Part shown: piece by piece, positions 38,696-48,450 of the stretch
Layout of the letters: each line of letters starts with the position of its first letter
How positions within the stretch are numbered: the first letter of the stretch is position 1
NCBI GenBank assembly: GCA_963751715.1
Contig: CAVVVM010000004.1
Location: 122 to 64,121, forward strand
Origin: an uncultured Actinomycetes bacterium
Lineage (GTDB): Bacteria > Actinomycetota > Thermoleophilia > Solirubrobacterales > Solirubrobacteraceae
Length of the DNA stretch: 64,000 nucleotides
Direction: 5' to 3'
Notes under the pieces: model-generated
What the model saw: only the letters and a program-made list of their open reading frames with translations
The model's database searches: none
What the model was told of the DNA's origin: nothing
Made by a program: the position numbers and the translations under genes

Positions 38696-39417
38696 GTACC
38701 CCGACCCTTGACATCCAGCCCGACTCGGACGCGGCAGCGGCCAGGGCCTGCGACCTGCTGGCCGCAGCGATCAGCTCCGCTGTGGCCGAGCGCGGCCGGG
38801 CCCTGATCGCCTTGGCCGGCGGCACCACGCCGGCCGCCGTCTACCGCCTGCTCGCCCAACGCGACCTCGACTGGGGCAGCGTGCTGGCGATCCCCGGCGA
38901 CGAGCGCTGCGTTCCGCACGGGGACCCGGACGCGAACCTGACGATGATCGAACGCGAGCTGCTGCATCGACTGCCGATCGACTCCGGCCGCCCCGAGTAC
39001 GTCGGACCTCCGCTCGGGCCGCCTCCGTCCGTTGCCGCCCCCGCTTGGGAGCGGGCACTCGCCGACGCCCTCAACCGGTCGGCCGCCGAGGGGCTGCCGG
39101 TGATCGACTTCGCCCTGCTCGGGCTCGGCCCCGACGGCCACACGGCATCGCTGTTCCCCGGCTCCGACTCCCTCGACGCCGAGGGCATCGCCGTCGCTGT
39201 CGAGGATGCGCCCAAGCCGCCGCCGGAGAGGGTCTCGCTGACGCTCGAGCTGCTCTCGATGGCGCGCAGCCGGGTGATCCTCGCGGTCGGGGAGAGCAAG
39301 GCAGACGCGATAGCGCGCGTCCTTGAAGGACCTTCGCCGCTGTGGCCCGCATCGCTGCTCCCGGGAGAGGGAACGACGGTGATCTGCGATGAGAGAGCGG
39401 TTGGCGTCACTCCCTGA
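38692..39417 (+). CDS. pgl: 6-phosphogluconolactonase
   Basis: Its GTG overlaps the glk stop (GTGA at 38692-38695). ALAGGTTPAAVY, GDERCVP, DFALLGLGPDGHTASLFPG, PPERVSLT. Confidence 0.85.
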   Translation: MSTPTLDIQPDSDAAAARACDLLAAAISSAVAERGRALIALAGGTTPAAVYRLLAQRDLDWGSVLAIPGDERCVPHGDPDANLTMIERELLHRLPIDSGRPEYVGPPLGPPPSVAAPAWERALADALNRSAAEGLPVIDFALLGLGPDGHTASLFPGSDSLDAEGIAVAVEDAPKPPPERVSLTLELLSMARSRVILAVGESKADAIARVLEGPSPLWPASLLPGEGTTVICDERAVGVTP

Positions 39418-39445
39418 ACGGACCTGCGGCAATAGCATCAGCTAC

Positions 39446-40447
39446 ATGAGCGAACCAATCACTTACGAAGCCCACCCAGACCGCAACCTCGCGCTCGAAC
39501 TCGCCCGCGTGACCGAGTTCGCAGCAATGGGCGCCGCCGCTTGGATCGGTCGCGGCGACAAGAACGCAGCCGACCAGGCCGCAGTCGACGCCCTCCACTA
39601 CGTCCTCGGATCGACCCCGATCTCCGGAGTGGTCGTTTCCGGCGAGGGAACCAAGGATGAGGCCCCCAAGCTCGCCCACGGTGAGGAGATCGGAGCCGGC
39701 GGGCCGGAGGTCGACATCGCCGTTGACCCGCTCGAAGGCACCCGCCTGACGGCTCAGGGCTTCCCCGGTGCGATCGCAGTGATCGCCGCTTCACCGAAGG
39801 GGACGATGTTCAACCCGGGGGATTCGGTCCCCTACATGGAGAAGATCGCGACCGGCCCGCAGTTCGCCGACCTGCTCGACCTCGACCGCCCTGTCGAGAC
39901 GGTCACGAAGATCGCCGAGCGCAAGGGCACGGGGATCGACGGCGTCACCGTCGTCGTGCTCGACCGCCCTCGCCATGAGGAGACGATCGCCGCGATCCGC
40001 GAGACCGGAGCGCGAGTCAGGCTGATCCTCGACGGCGACATCGCCCCGGTGCTGCTCGCGGCCGACGGGGAGTCGGCCGTCGACATGCTGTGGGGAGTGG
40101 GCGGAACGCCCGAGACGCTGATCGGATCCGCAGTCTGCCGCTGCAACGGCGGCGAGCTGAAGGCCCGCTTCTGGCCGAGGACGGAGAAGGAGCGCGATCA
40201 GGGCGTCTCGGAGGGACTCGACATGGACAGGGTGTTCACGGCCGAGGATCTCGTCGGCGGTGACGACGTCTTCTTCTCGTGCACCGGGGTCACCTCCGGT
40301 GACATCGTTCAGGGCGTTCAGTTCCGCAACTCGGATGTACTCACCGAGTCGTTGACGATGCGCAGCCGCAGCTCGACGATCCGCCGCATTCAGGGGCGCC
40401 ACGAACTGGCGAAGATCGAGGCGCTGAAGTCGGCCGCGTCCGGCTGA
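39446..40447 (+). CDS. glpX: Fructose-1,6-bisphosphatase class II
   Basis: MSEPITYEAHPDRNLALELARVTEFAAMGAAAWIGRGDKNAADQAAVDA, DIAVDPLEGT, MLWGVGGTPE. Confidence 0.9.
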   Translation: MSEPITYEAHPDRNLALELARVTEFAAMGAAAWIGRGDKNAADQAAVDALHYVLGSTPISGVVVSGEGTKDEAPKLAHGEEIGAGGPEVDIAVDPLEGTRLTAQGFPGAIAVIAASPKGTMFNPGDSVPYMEKIATGPQFADLLDLDRPVETVTKIAERKGTGIDGVTVVVLDRPRHEETIAAIRETGARVRLILDGDIAPVLLAADGESAVDMLWGVGGTPETLIGSAVCRCNGGELKARFWPRTEKERDQGVSEGLDMDRVFTAEDLVGGDDVFFSCTGVTSGDIVQGVQFRNSDVLTESLTMRSRSSTIRRIQGRHELAKIEALKSAASG

Positions 40448-40466
40448 GGACGCTGCCGGGGGCAGG

Positions 40467-41099
40467 TCAGGCTGATTCGCCGCCGCCGCCGTTGCCGTCG
40501 GCGGGCGCGAAACGCCCCGCCTTCGACTCGGCGAGGTCGCCCTTCGCGAGCGAGCGCAGGAACCCGTAGGTGACGATCACGTGGATCTTCGATTGGGTCC
40601 ACTGGTAGAGGTGCTTGGAGATCGAGTGAGCGATCGCCGGGTAGAAGTTCGAGACCTCGACGTCGATGCGGAGCGATGCCGGGTCGTCGCCGCCCGTGCC
40701 CTGCTCCCCGAGTCGCTCGACCTTGATGCGCAGCAGTCCCTCGCCCGGGTTGGAGACGAGCAGCCCACCGGCGATCCGCCACGTCACCGTGCCGGCCTGC
40801 GGTGAGATCTCGTACTCCGGGGCCGAGAACGAGAGCAGCTTGAAGGGCTTCGCGATCAGGACCACGTCCCTGCCGTCCTCGCGGTAGGCGACGCGGATCA
40901 GCCCGAGAGTGACCCTCGTGATGTGGCGCCAGTAGGTGCGGGCCAGCCGTTCGAGCCAGGTCGCGCTCCAGATCCGTTCGAGGCCGTCACGGGAGAGGTT
41001 CACGGTCGCCGACTGGATCGAGGTCACGGCGCCGCGTGAGTCCATCACTGTGGTGTCGACGAGGTCGCCGACCTCGGCTGGGAGGTTTCGTCTTCTCAT
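40467..41099 (-). CDS. Conserved hypothetical protein
   Basis: Intact 210-aa GC3-rich ORF, divergent from the MerR gene. I recognise no domain. Confidence 0.5.
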   Translation of the reverse strand: MRRRNLPAEVGDLVDTTVMDSRGAVTSIQSATVNLSRDGLERIWSATWLERLARTYWRHITRVTLGLIRVAYREDGRDVVLIAKPFKLLSFSAPEYEISPQAGTVTWRIAGGLLVSNPGEGLLRIKVERLGEQGTGGDDPASLRIDVEVSNFYPAIAHSISKHLYQWTQSKIHVIVTYGFLRSLAKGDLAESKAGRFAPADGNGGGGESA

Positions 41100-41193
41100 G
41101 TTCTGTGTCGGCCCGCCGCAAAGGAATGACCCTTGCCCGGGCCGAAGACCGTATCCATCGGTGCCGCCCTTGACGGGATGAGCGATTCAACAG

Positions 41194-42036
41194 ATGCCAA
41201 AGCAGATGACAATCAAGCAAGTCGGTGACCAGACCGGCCTCGCCCCTGGCACCATCAGAATGTGGGAGCACCGCTACGGCTTCCCCGACCCGAGTCGCAG
41301 CGACAGCGGCTACCGCCACTACACCGACGAGGACGTCGCCCGGATCCGCAGCGTGATCGCCTACCGGGACCGCGGCCTCTCGATCCCTGCCTCGATCGAG
41401 CGCGTCCTCGCCAGCGACGAGCCGGCCGAAGCCTCGATCTACGCAGCCGTCGCCACCGCCGAGGGGGCGCCGAAGCCCCAGGTCCTGCGCAAGAGCACGC
41501 TCCACGCTCTCTCCCGTGCGATGGAACACGAGGCCCTCGCTCAGGGATCCAAGCCGATCTGCTTCGGCGCCTTCCAGCAGGAGGGTTTCTACCGCCCGGT
41601 GGAGCACCGCTACCGCCAGATCGCCCGTTCGGCTGACGCGACTGTCGTCTTCGCCGACTTCGACGAGCTTCGCAACGGCGGCAAGATGCGACCGGTCGAG
41701 ATACCGATCGCCCCCGAGGACGCCCTCGGCAACGAATGGGTCGTGATCGTCGACTCGCCCGGTTATTCGGCCTGCCTGCTCGCCTGGGAGCAGGCAGTTG
41801 ACAGCAGCCGAGGCACGCGCGACCGGGACCGCCGGTTCGAGGCCCTCTGGACGGTCGACCCGAAGATCGTCCGCCGCGCCAGCGAGGTAGCGACCAAGCT
41901 CGCAGCCCGCCGCGACCCTGAACTCGGGGAGAAGCTCGACGCGATGCTGGCAGCGAGGCCGCTCGGTGGTGAGGATTCGAGCGCTGCCCTGACCGCGCTC
42001 ACCAACAGGATCGTCGCCTACGTCGAAGCGTCCTGA
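41194..42036 (+). CDS. MerR-family transcriptional regulator with a ~200-aa C-terminal sensor-like domain (possibly DICT-like)
   Basis: MTIKQVGDQTGLAPGTIRMWEHRYGFPDPSRSDSGYRHYTDEDVARIRSV is a MerR HTH. The assignment of the C-terminal domain is tentative. Confidence 0.75.
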   Translation: MPKQMTIKQVGDQTGLAPGTIRMWEHRYGFPDPSRSDSGYRHYTDEDVARIRSVIAYRDRGLSIPASIERVLASDEPAEASIYAAVATAEGAPKPQVLRKSTLHALSRAMEHEALAQGSKPICFGAFQQEGFYRPVEHRYRQIARSADATVVFADFDELRNGGKMRPVEIPIAPEDALGNEWVVIVDSPGYSACLLAWEQAVDSSRGTRDRDRRFEALWTVDPKIVRRASEVATKLAARRDPELGEKLDAMLAARPLGGEDSSAALTALTNRIVAYVEAS

Positions 42037-42047
42037 CCGGCTGCCGG

Positions 42048-43238
42048 TCAGAGAGGCTCGACGGCAACGACCGACCCCGCTGCGAGTTCGCCCTCGCCGG
42101 CGGGAATCAGGGCCAATCCCCACGCTCCCGACAGGGAGGCGGTGCGATGCGATCCCTGCGCGCCGGTCGTCGACGCCAGCGGCGGGCCGTCGGCCCGCGG
42201 CTCCAGGACGACGCGGATCGCCTGTTCGCGCGGGCCAAGCCGGACGGCTGTTGCCAGTTCGGCCGGCCACGGCTGCGGAACCGCTGAGCGGCCGAGCATC
42301 AAGCGGATCGCCGGTGCGACGAACAGGGCGAACGTCACGAACGCCGAGGCCGGGTTGCCGGGAAGGCCGAAGACGAGCCTCCCGTCGCCCTGCCGTCCGA
42401 ACCAGGTCGGTCCGCCCGGCTTGAGCGCGACACCGGCGAACACCTCCTCTACGCCGAGCGACTCGAGGGCGGGGCGGACGTGGTCATGGCGACCGACCGA
42501 CACGCCGCCGCTGGCGATCGTCAGGTCGGCCGGGCCCAACGCCGCGGCGAGCGACTCGCGGGTCGCCTCGAGCGTGTCGCCGGAGCGGATCGCGCGATCG
42601 ACCGCGGCCCCCGCCTGTTCGCAGAGGGCGGCGAGGGCGATCCCGTTGCTCTCGTGGATCTGCCCCGGGCCGAGTGGCTCGCCGGGATCGACGAGCTCGT
42701 CGCCGGTGACGACGATCGAGACGCTCGGCTTGCGCACGCAATCGATCCGGGCGGCGCCGCAGGTCGAGGCGACCGCCAGCTCGCCGGGACCGAGCACGGT
42801 GCCGGCAGCCAAGGCCCTCGCCCCGTTCGGCATGTCCTCACCGGCGGCGCGGACGTGATCGCCGAGCTTGAGGTCGGCCGAGAGGACGATGCGGGAGCCT
42901 GAGGCCTGGACGGTTTCGACCGGTGCGACACCGACCCCCGGGGGAGCGAGGGCGCCGGTCGAGATCGCGATCGCCTCGCCTTCGACGGGAGTCGCAGTGT
43001 GCGGAGCCCCGGCGCGCGACTCGCCGACCACGGTCAGTTCGCCGCCGGCCGCCGCCGGCATCGCCGCGAAACCATCCATCGCAGCGGTGGCAAAGGGCGG
43101 AAGATCATGCGGAGCGGTCAGATCCCCGGCGAGTGTCCTGCCCAGGGAGTCATCGAGATCGAGGGTCTCCGTCTCGAGCGGGCCGGTGATCGAGGCGATC
43201 ACAAGCGAGCGGGCCTCGGCGAGGCTCAGTCGCCCCAA
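42048..43238 (-). CDS. moeA: Molybdopterin molybdenumtransferase
   Basis: Intact 396 aa with PPFATAAMDGFA, SGGVSVGRHDHVRPALESLG, VALKPGGPTWFG. Confidence 0.9.
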   Translation of the reverse strand: MGRLSLAEARSLVIASITGPLETETLDLDDSLGRTLAGDLTAPHDLPPFATAAMDGFAAMPAAAGGELTVVGESRAGAPHTATPVEGEAIAISTGALAPPGVGVAPVETVQASGSRIVLSADLKLGDHVRAAGEDMPNGARALAAGTVLGPGELAVASTCGAARIDCVRKPSVSIVVTGDELVDPGEPLGPGQIHESNGIALAALCEQAGAAVDRAIRSGDTLEATRESLAAALGPADLTIASGGVSVGRHDHVRPALESLGVEEVFAGVALKPGGPTWFGRQGDGRLVFGLPGNPASAFVTFALFVAPAIRLMLGRSAVPQPWPAELATAVRLGPREQAIRVVLEPRADGPPLASTTGAQGSHRTASLSGAWGLALIPAGEGELAAGSVVAVEPL

Positions 43239-43243
43239 GGCGA

Positions 43244-43540
43244 TCAGTCTCCGGCTGACCGCTCGTCCGGCCTTCGCGCCGGGGGCAGCTTCGCCTCGAT
43301 CTCCCTCAGCAGCAGGGCCGTTGCCGTGAGGGCGAGCTCGGCCACCTCGGCCACTGCACGAATGCCCTCCACGACTGCCGCTGCCGCCTGGGCATCGACC
43401 GGCCGCGGGCCGCCGAACGGGTCAGGGGTCGGCCCTCGATGGTCTGCGGGGGTGGCCCTGTCCTCTCTCAGCGGGCTTCGCCGGCGGGCCCGGTGCTTGG
43501 GCATCTGGCCGAGGACGGTCGAGGGGTCGTTGGCGTCCAT
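43244..43540 (-). CDS. Hypothetical protein upstream of moeA
   Basis: 98-aa ORF ending 5 nt before the moeA start. No recognisable domain and an Arg/Pro-rich N-terminus, so it may be spurious. Confidence 0.25.
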   Translation of the reverse strand: MDANDPSTVLGQMPKHRARRRSPLREDRATPADHRGPTPDPFGGPRPVDAQAAAAVVEGIRAVAEVAELALTATALLLREIEAKLPPARRPDERSAGD

Positions 43541-43698
43541 GCGCCAATCATTGCGCAGCCCGGTGTGCGTTGCTTGTGACCGAGCCTGCGCGACGCTACG
43601 GTGAGCCTGCTTTAGTAGGCCGCAGCGCGAGCTTCAGCGAGCGGATTCATCTTCACACGCAGTCGGTGCCGCAAGGCAGAGGGAGATTGGCAACAGGC

Positions 43699-44809
43699 AT
43701 GTCGCAGGTTGAGTGGCAGGAACTCGAGGAGGTCAAGGGTCTGCTCGCGAAGGGCAAGGCAGTCGGCGTTCTGACCTACGCGGAAGTGAAGGGAGCGATC
43801 TCGGAGCTCGACGTTGACGAGGCCGACGTCGAGGAGCTGCACGGCTTCCTCGAGAAGAGCGAGATCGAGCTCGTCGAGGAGATCGACCCGGCAGCGCCGC
43901 CGGGCCCCGAGCTCGATCGCGCGCCCGAGGCAAGCGCGGCCGCCGCAAGCGAAGGCGGACGCTCGACCTCAAGCCGGACATGACCACCGACTCGCTGCAG
44001 CTGTTCCTCAAGGACATCGGCAAGGTCCGCCTGCTCACCGCCCAGGAGGAGGTCGATCTCGCCAAGCGGAATCGAGCGCGGCGACCTCGACGCCAAGCAG
44101 AAGATGGTCGAGTCGCAACCTGCGCCTGGTCGTCTCGATCGCCAAGAACTACCGCAACCAGGGCCTGCCGTTCCTCGACCTGATCCAGGAGGGCACGCTC
44201 GGCCTGGTCCGCGCCGCCGAGAAGTTCGACTACCGCAAGGGCTTCAAGTTCTCGACGTACGCGACCTGGTGGATCCGCCAGGCGATCGCCCGCGCGCTGG
44301 CCGACAAGGCGCGCACGATCCGCATCCCGGTCCACGTCGTCGAGAAGCTCAACAAGATCGGCCGCGCCGAGCGCAAGCTCGTCACCGAGCTCGGCCGCGA
44401 GCCCACCGCCGAGGAGATCGCCGAGGTCACCGGCATCGACCCCGAGGAGGTCGAGTCGATCAAGCGCTCCGCCCAGGCGCCGGTCTCGCTGGAGAAGCCG
44501 GTCGGCGACGAGGAGGAGTCGGAGTTCGGCCAGTTCATCGCCGACGAGCGGGCCGAGTCGCCTTACGAGCGCGCCGCCGAGATCCTCACCAAGGAGGCGC
44601 TGCGCGAGGCGCTGGAGAACCTCTCCTACCGCGAGCGCCGCGTGCTCGAGCTGCGCTACGGGCTCGGCGGCGAGCACCCGCGCACGCTCGACGAGGTCGG
44701 CCGCACGTTCAACGTCACCCGCGAGCGCATCCGCCAGATCGAGAACCAGTCGCTGAAGAAGCTGCAGAGCCTCGCGGAGGCGCAGAAGCTCCGCGACGTC
44801 GCGGCCTGA
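43699..44809 (+). pseudogene. rpoD: Principal (group 1, RpoD/HrdB-like) sigma factor with 3 single-base frame disruptions (~43925, ~44068, ~44113)
   Basis: MSQVEWQELEEVKGLLAKGK..., then [46 protein letters not shown], and [26 protein letters not shown]...[12 protein letters not shown]...IRIPVH...[20 protein letters not shown] lie in successive frames. Confidence 0.9.
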
Positions 44810-44977
44810 CGAGCGCTCCTCGCTGAAGGTCTGAACGGCCGCCGCGGCCGAGTGCCGTCGGTGACGGGTCGGCTTGCTGCGGCAGGAATCCCCGGCGCGA
44901 TCCGGAAAGGACCGGGGAAGTCCCCCGGGTGGCATTCAGTTCGGCGCCATCTCAAGCAATCCGAGGAGGAAGTACCA

Positions 44978-45544
44978 ATGGAAGCAAGCAGGATCGAAGT
45001 CGTCGACGAGCAGGAGCTCGTCACCGAACTCAAGAAGAGCTCAGGGCCGCTGATGGCTGTCGGTGTGATCGCACTGATTGCGGGGATCGTCTGCATCTTC
45101 GTGCCGGCCGTCGCGTCGCTCGCGATCGGCATCTTCATTGGCTGGATCCTGATCTTCGCCGGCGTCCTCGGAGTGGTCGACGCCTTCGCGGTTCGCGAGA
45201 CCGGCCGGGTGCTGCTCCGCCTGCTTGGCGCCGCAATCACGGCGGGGGTCGGCATCTGGGTACTCACCTCCGACTACAAGGGCACGTTCACCCTGACCGT
45301 GATCCTCGGCATCTGGTTCTTCGCCGGTGGCGCACTCAGGCTCGTCGCGGGCATCCGCGAACGGGGAACCCCGGGCGCGGGACTGCTCGTCCTCAACGGC
45401 GTCCTCTCGCTGATCCTCGGCGGCTTGATCCTCGGAGACCTTCCTTCGTCGGCCTCGTGGGCGATCGGCCTGCTCGTCGGGGTTGACCTGATCTTCGCCG
45501 GCTTCGCTCTGATCGCGACGGCCTCGGCGGCCAAGAGGCTCTGA
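44978..45544 (+). CDS. HdeD/DUF308-family membrane protein
   Basis: ATG at 44978 after the SD gaggagga. Six hydrophobic segments with repeated GxxxxxxG spacing, e.g. GVIALIAGIVCIFVP and WFFAGGALRLVAG. Confidence 0.7.
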   Translation: MEASRIEVVDEQELVTELKKSSGPLMAVGVIALIAGIVCIFVPAVASLAIGIFIGWILIFAGVLGVVDAFAVRETGRVLLRLLGAAITAGVGIWVLTSDYKGTFTLTVILGIWFFAGGALRLVAGIRERGTPGAGLLVLNGVLSLILGGLILGDLPSSASWAIGLLVGVDLIFAGFALIATASAAKRL

Positions 45545-45564
45545 TTCCTGCGATCCGGATTGCC

Positions 45565-45870
45565 TTGGAAGGGATCCAGCGGCGGGGGGCGAAAGACCCC
45601 GCCGTGCCGGAACCCTCTGCCCATGGCTGGTTGAGAACGCTGATCGAGGCCTCGGGCCTCTCCTTCGTGTTCTTCGTGCTTTCACTTCTGTTCGGCGGTG
45701 CCGGTCTGCGGGAGGCGGCCGGCACAGCCGTGGCCGTCGCAGGGGCTCCCGGTCCCGCCGGCACCAACTCGCTCGCATCCGAGATCGCGGCGATCGTCTT
45801 CGGGCTGAGGATCTTCGTCGCTGCCTTCGCGCGGCAGGAGTCCGTCCGCCTGCGCCGAAACCCGGCCTGA
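45565..45870 (+). CDS. Possible small membrane protein
   Basis: 101-aa ORF with two hydrophobic stretches. No homology recognised. Confidence 0.25.
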   Translation: MEGIQRRGAKDPAVPEPSAHGWLRTLIEASGLSFVFFVLSLLFGGAGLREAAGTAVAVAGAPGPAGTNSLASEIAAIVFGLRIFVAAFARQESVRLRRNPA

Positions 45871-45871
45871 G

Positions 45872-47185
45872 GTGCAGGACCTTTCACTCAGGGAACGACT
45901 CCGCTCCTTCTGCGAGGAAGCGGCCATGCAGCTGGCACACGACGCCGCCGGCGGTGAGGACGTTCCCTTCGAGCTGGTCGACGAGAGCGGCGCTGACGGC
46001 CCGCCGCTCTGGTGCCACCGGACCCTCACCGCCGAGTTCGTCCGGCGGCGCATCGGGGTCCTCGGGATGCTTCCTGGCTACCGCCCGGCGGCCGAGGCTC
46101 TCGAACGGGTCGAGGGACTCGACGAATGGCTCCTCGCCCACGGCGAGCAGCACGTGCCTGCCGGTGCCCGGGACCGATCGGACGCAACGCTGCGGGTCTT
46201 CCTCGCCGAGGTTCTCGGCGAGAGCGCTTCCTTCCAGTTCGACGGGGAGCGATTCGAGACCACTTGGTCGGCTCTCGACGCCCTGCTCTTCGAAGGCCGC
46301 ACAGCAGTCCTGCTCGCGGCTCCGCTCTACGGGGTGGAGATCGAGTCGGACGAACTGCGGTTCGTTGACGACACCCTGCTCGTCTCGAACCGGTCGGTCG
46401 AGGCGGAGGCACTCCCGGGTGACATCTTCCGCGGAGATGGCCTGCCTGTCACCGTCGCTCTCGTCGAGGCCGACGATCCCAGTCCCGAGAGCCTCGGCCA
46501 AGCGCGCCAGAAGCTCCGTCGCCTGCTTTGCGCCCTGAGGCTCTTCGGCGACGCCAGCCCCGCGCTCGGTGGCGCCGCCCGGATGCAGGTGGCTCGCGGC
46601 CCGTGGCAGGTGCTCGGCCTCGAAGGGTCGGGCAGCGCCCGTGGCACTCTCGTGATCGGAGCCGAGCAGGAGGTCGAGCTGACCGAGTTCTGTTCGCTCG
46701 TCTCGAGGCGCTGGCCCCGGGGAGGGGAGATCGCATGGGCGCTGCGCCGCCACGAGTTCGGTTGCGATCGGCTCCACTACTCGGACTCGCTGAGCGACCA
46801 CCTCCTTGCCCTGCGCGCCCTGCTCGAGCCGGAAGGGCCGGCCAGCGGCCGCCTCACCCAGCGACTGGCAGCCCTGTGCGCTCTGCCCGACGACCGCGCA
46901 AGGCTGGCCGAGCGGACCGCACGCGCAGTTGCCCTCGAGCGGAGCGCCGTCACGGGAATCTCGGGCCACGAGCCGGAGGCCGAGGCGCTCAGCAGGGAGA
47001 TCGAGGGGCACCTGCGTGCCCTGGTGCGGGACGTGATCTGCGGTCACCTCGACAGCGACCTGCGCGGCCTTGCGGACTCGATCATCGCCGAGTCGGTGGC
47101 ACCCAGTGAGGTTGGGCAGGCCTCCCGAGGCGGTCGCTCCGCCGATCGCCGACGCTTCGGCGAGCCGGACTCACTCGCAGCCTGA
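45872..47185 (+). CDS. Hypothetical protein (437 aa; an ATG at 45926 is an alternative start)
   Basis: Long intact ORF with strong GC3 bias and balanced composition. The 387-aa antisense ORF 45884..47047 looks like a shadow. No domain recognised. Confidence 0.6.
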   Translation: MQDLSLRERLRSFCEEAAMQLAHDAAGGEDVPFELVDESGADGPPLWCHRTLTAEFVRRRIGVLGMLPGYRPAAEALERVEGLDEWLLAHGEQHVPAGARDRSDATLRVFLAEVLGESASFQFDGERFETTWSALDALLFEGRTAVLLAAPLYGVEIESDELRFVDDTLLVSNRSVEAEALPGDIFRGDGLPVTVALVEADDPSPESLGQARQKLRRLLCALRLFGDASPALGGAARMQVARGPWQVLGLEGSGSARGTLVIGAEQEVELTEFCSLVSRRWPRGGEIAWALRRHEFGCDRLHYSDSLSDHLLALRALLEPEGPASGRLTQRLAALCALPDDRARLAERTARAVALERSAVTGISGHEPEAEALSREIEGHLRALVRDVICGHLDSDLRGLADSIIAESVAPSEVGQASRGGRSADRRRFGEPDSLAA

Positions 47186-47198
47186 GCGCGCCCTCGAA

Positions 47199-48428
47199 TC
47201 AGGCGAAGAGAGCCGACTCGATCCGGGCGAGACCGGCGACGTCGTGGATCTCGCCGTCGAGCATCGGCACCGTCACCATCAGGTCGGAGCCAACTCGTGA
47301 ACGCAGGCGCTCGACTCCCTTCGCGTCGCGATCGGCCGCCGCCGTCCCGGCGTCGACTGCGACGGCGAGGCGCTGAGAGAGTTCCTCGCCCAGTTCCTCG
47401 CGGATCGCGGCTGAGCGCACGGCCCTGCGATTGGTGCCCGGGGCCTCGTGGACGCGGTTGGCGATCGTCACCTTCGGGCTCATGCCCCGATCCCGGAGTG
47501 CGCCGGCGAGGTGGATCGCCTCGGCCGTCGGGGACTCCTCCGGGGCGGCGACGACAACGAAGGCCGTGGTCGGGGCGACCAGGAGGTCGGCGACTGCGTG
47601 GGCGCGTTCGCTGAACCCACCGGTGATGCCACTGATCGCGGAGAAGAAATCCGACAGGTCGGTGAAGAAGTCAGCCCCGGTCACTCGCTTGAGCCCTGCG
47701 AAGACGAGTCCGGTTCCGCCTCCGGCGAGCCTCATCCCCAGTCCGGCCGGACGCATCAGGATCTGCACCGCTCGGCCGTCGAAGAAGCTCGAGAGCTTCG
47801 CCGGCGAGTCGAGGAAGTCGATCGCGTTGCGGGACGGGGGAGTGTCGAGGACGATCAGGTCGAACTCGCCCTCCGTTTCCAGTTCGTGGAGCTTCGCGAT
47901 CGCTGTGAACTCCTGCGAGCCCGCGACTGCGCCGGAGATCTCCCGGTAGATGCGGTTGCCGAGGATCCTGTCGCGGGTCGGGGCGTCCGGTGAGATCCGG
48001 CCGATCAACTCGTCGAAGGTGCGGCGGCTGTCGAGGGTCATCGCCCACAGCTCGCCGCCCTGCTGCGGTTCCACCCCGGCCGCCTTCAAGCGGCGGCTGG
48101 TGACCCGGGAGGGGGCGTTCTCGAGCCTGTCGACGCCGAGGGCGGCGGCGAGGCGCTTGGCAGGGTCGATCGTTACGACCGCGACGCGCTTGCCACGCCG
48201 GGCCATCCCGAGTCCGATCGCGGCGGCCGTCGTCGTCTTGCCGACTCCTCCGGCTCCTGCCACGACGCAAACCCCCGATTCACCGAGGATCGACGCGAAG
48301 TCGCGGTCGTGGCGGCTCGAACGGCTGCTTGGACTGGCTGGTTCGGCTGGGGCCACGGACCCCCTCAGGGTAGTCGGCGGTCGGCCCGACCGGAAGACGA
48401 AGTGATCGCCGGGAAGGAATCCCGCCAT
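47199..48428 (-). CDS. ArsA/GET3-family ATPase (start uncertain)
   Basis: VCVVAGAGGVGKTTTAAAIG (P-loop), VVTIDPAKRLAAALG, DLIVLDTPPSRNAIDFL. Confidence 0.8.
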   Translation of the reverse strand: MAGFLPGDHFVFRSGRPPTTLRGSVAPAEPASPSSRSSRHDRDFASILGESGVCVVAGAGGVGKTTTAAAIGLGMARRGKRVAVVTIDPAKRLAAALGVDRLENAPSRVTSRRLKAAGVEPQQGGELWAMTLDSRRTFDELIGRISPDAPTRDRILGNRIYREISGAVAGSQEFTAIAKLHELETEGEFDLIVLDTPPSRNAIDFLDSPAKLSSFFDGRAVQILMRPAGLGMRLAGGGTGLVFAGLKRVTGADFFTDLSDFFSAISGITGGFSERAHAVADLLVAPTTAFVVVAAPEESPTAEAIHLAGALRDRGMSPKVTIANRVHEAPGTNRRAVRSAAIREELGEELSQRLAVAVDAGTAAADRDAKGVERLRSRVGSDLMVTVPMLDGEIHDVAGLARIESALFA

Positions 48429-48450
48429 CGCGGGCGAATAACGCGTCGCA

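Noticed and set aside
37951-39417. The 488-aa ORF taken as one gene.
   Set aside because: The first two thirds are an out-of-frame Arg/Pro-rich overlap of the glucokinase gene. Only the part from GTG 38692 matches 6-phosphogluconolactonase.
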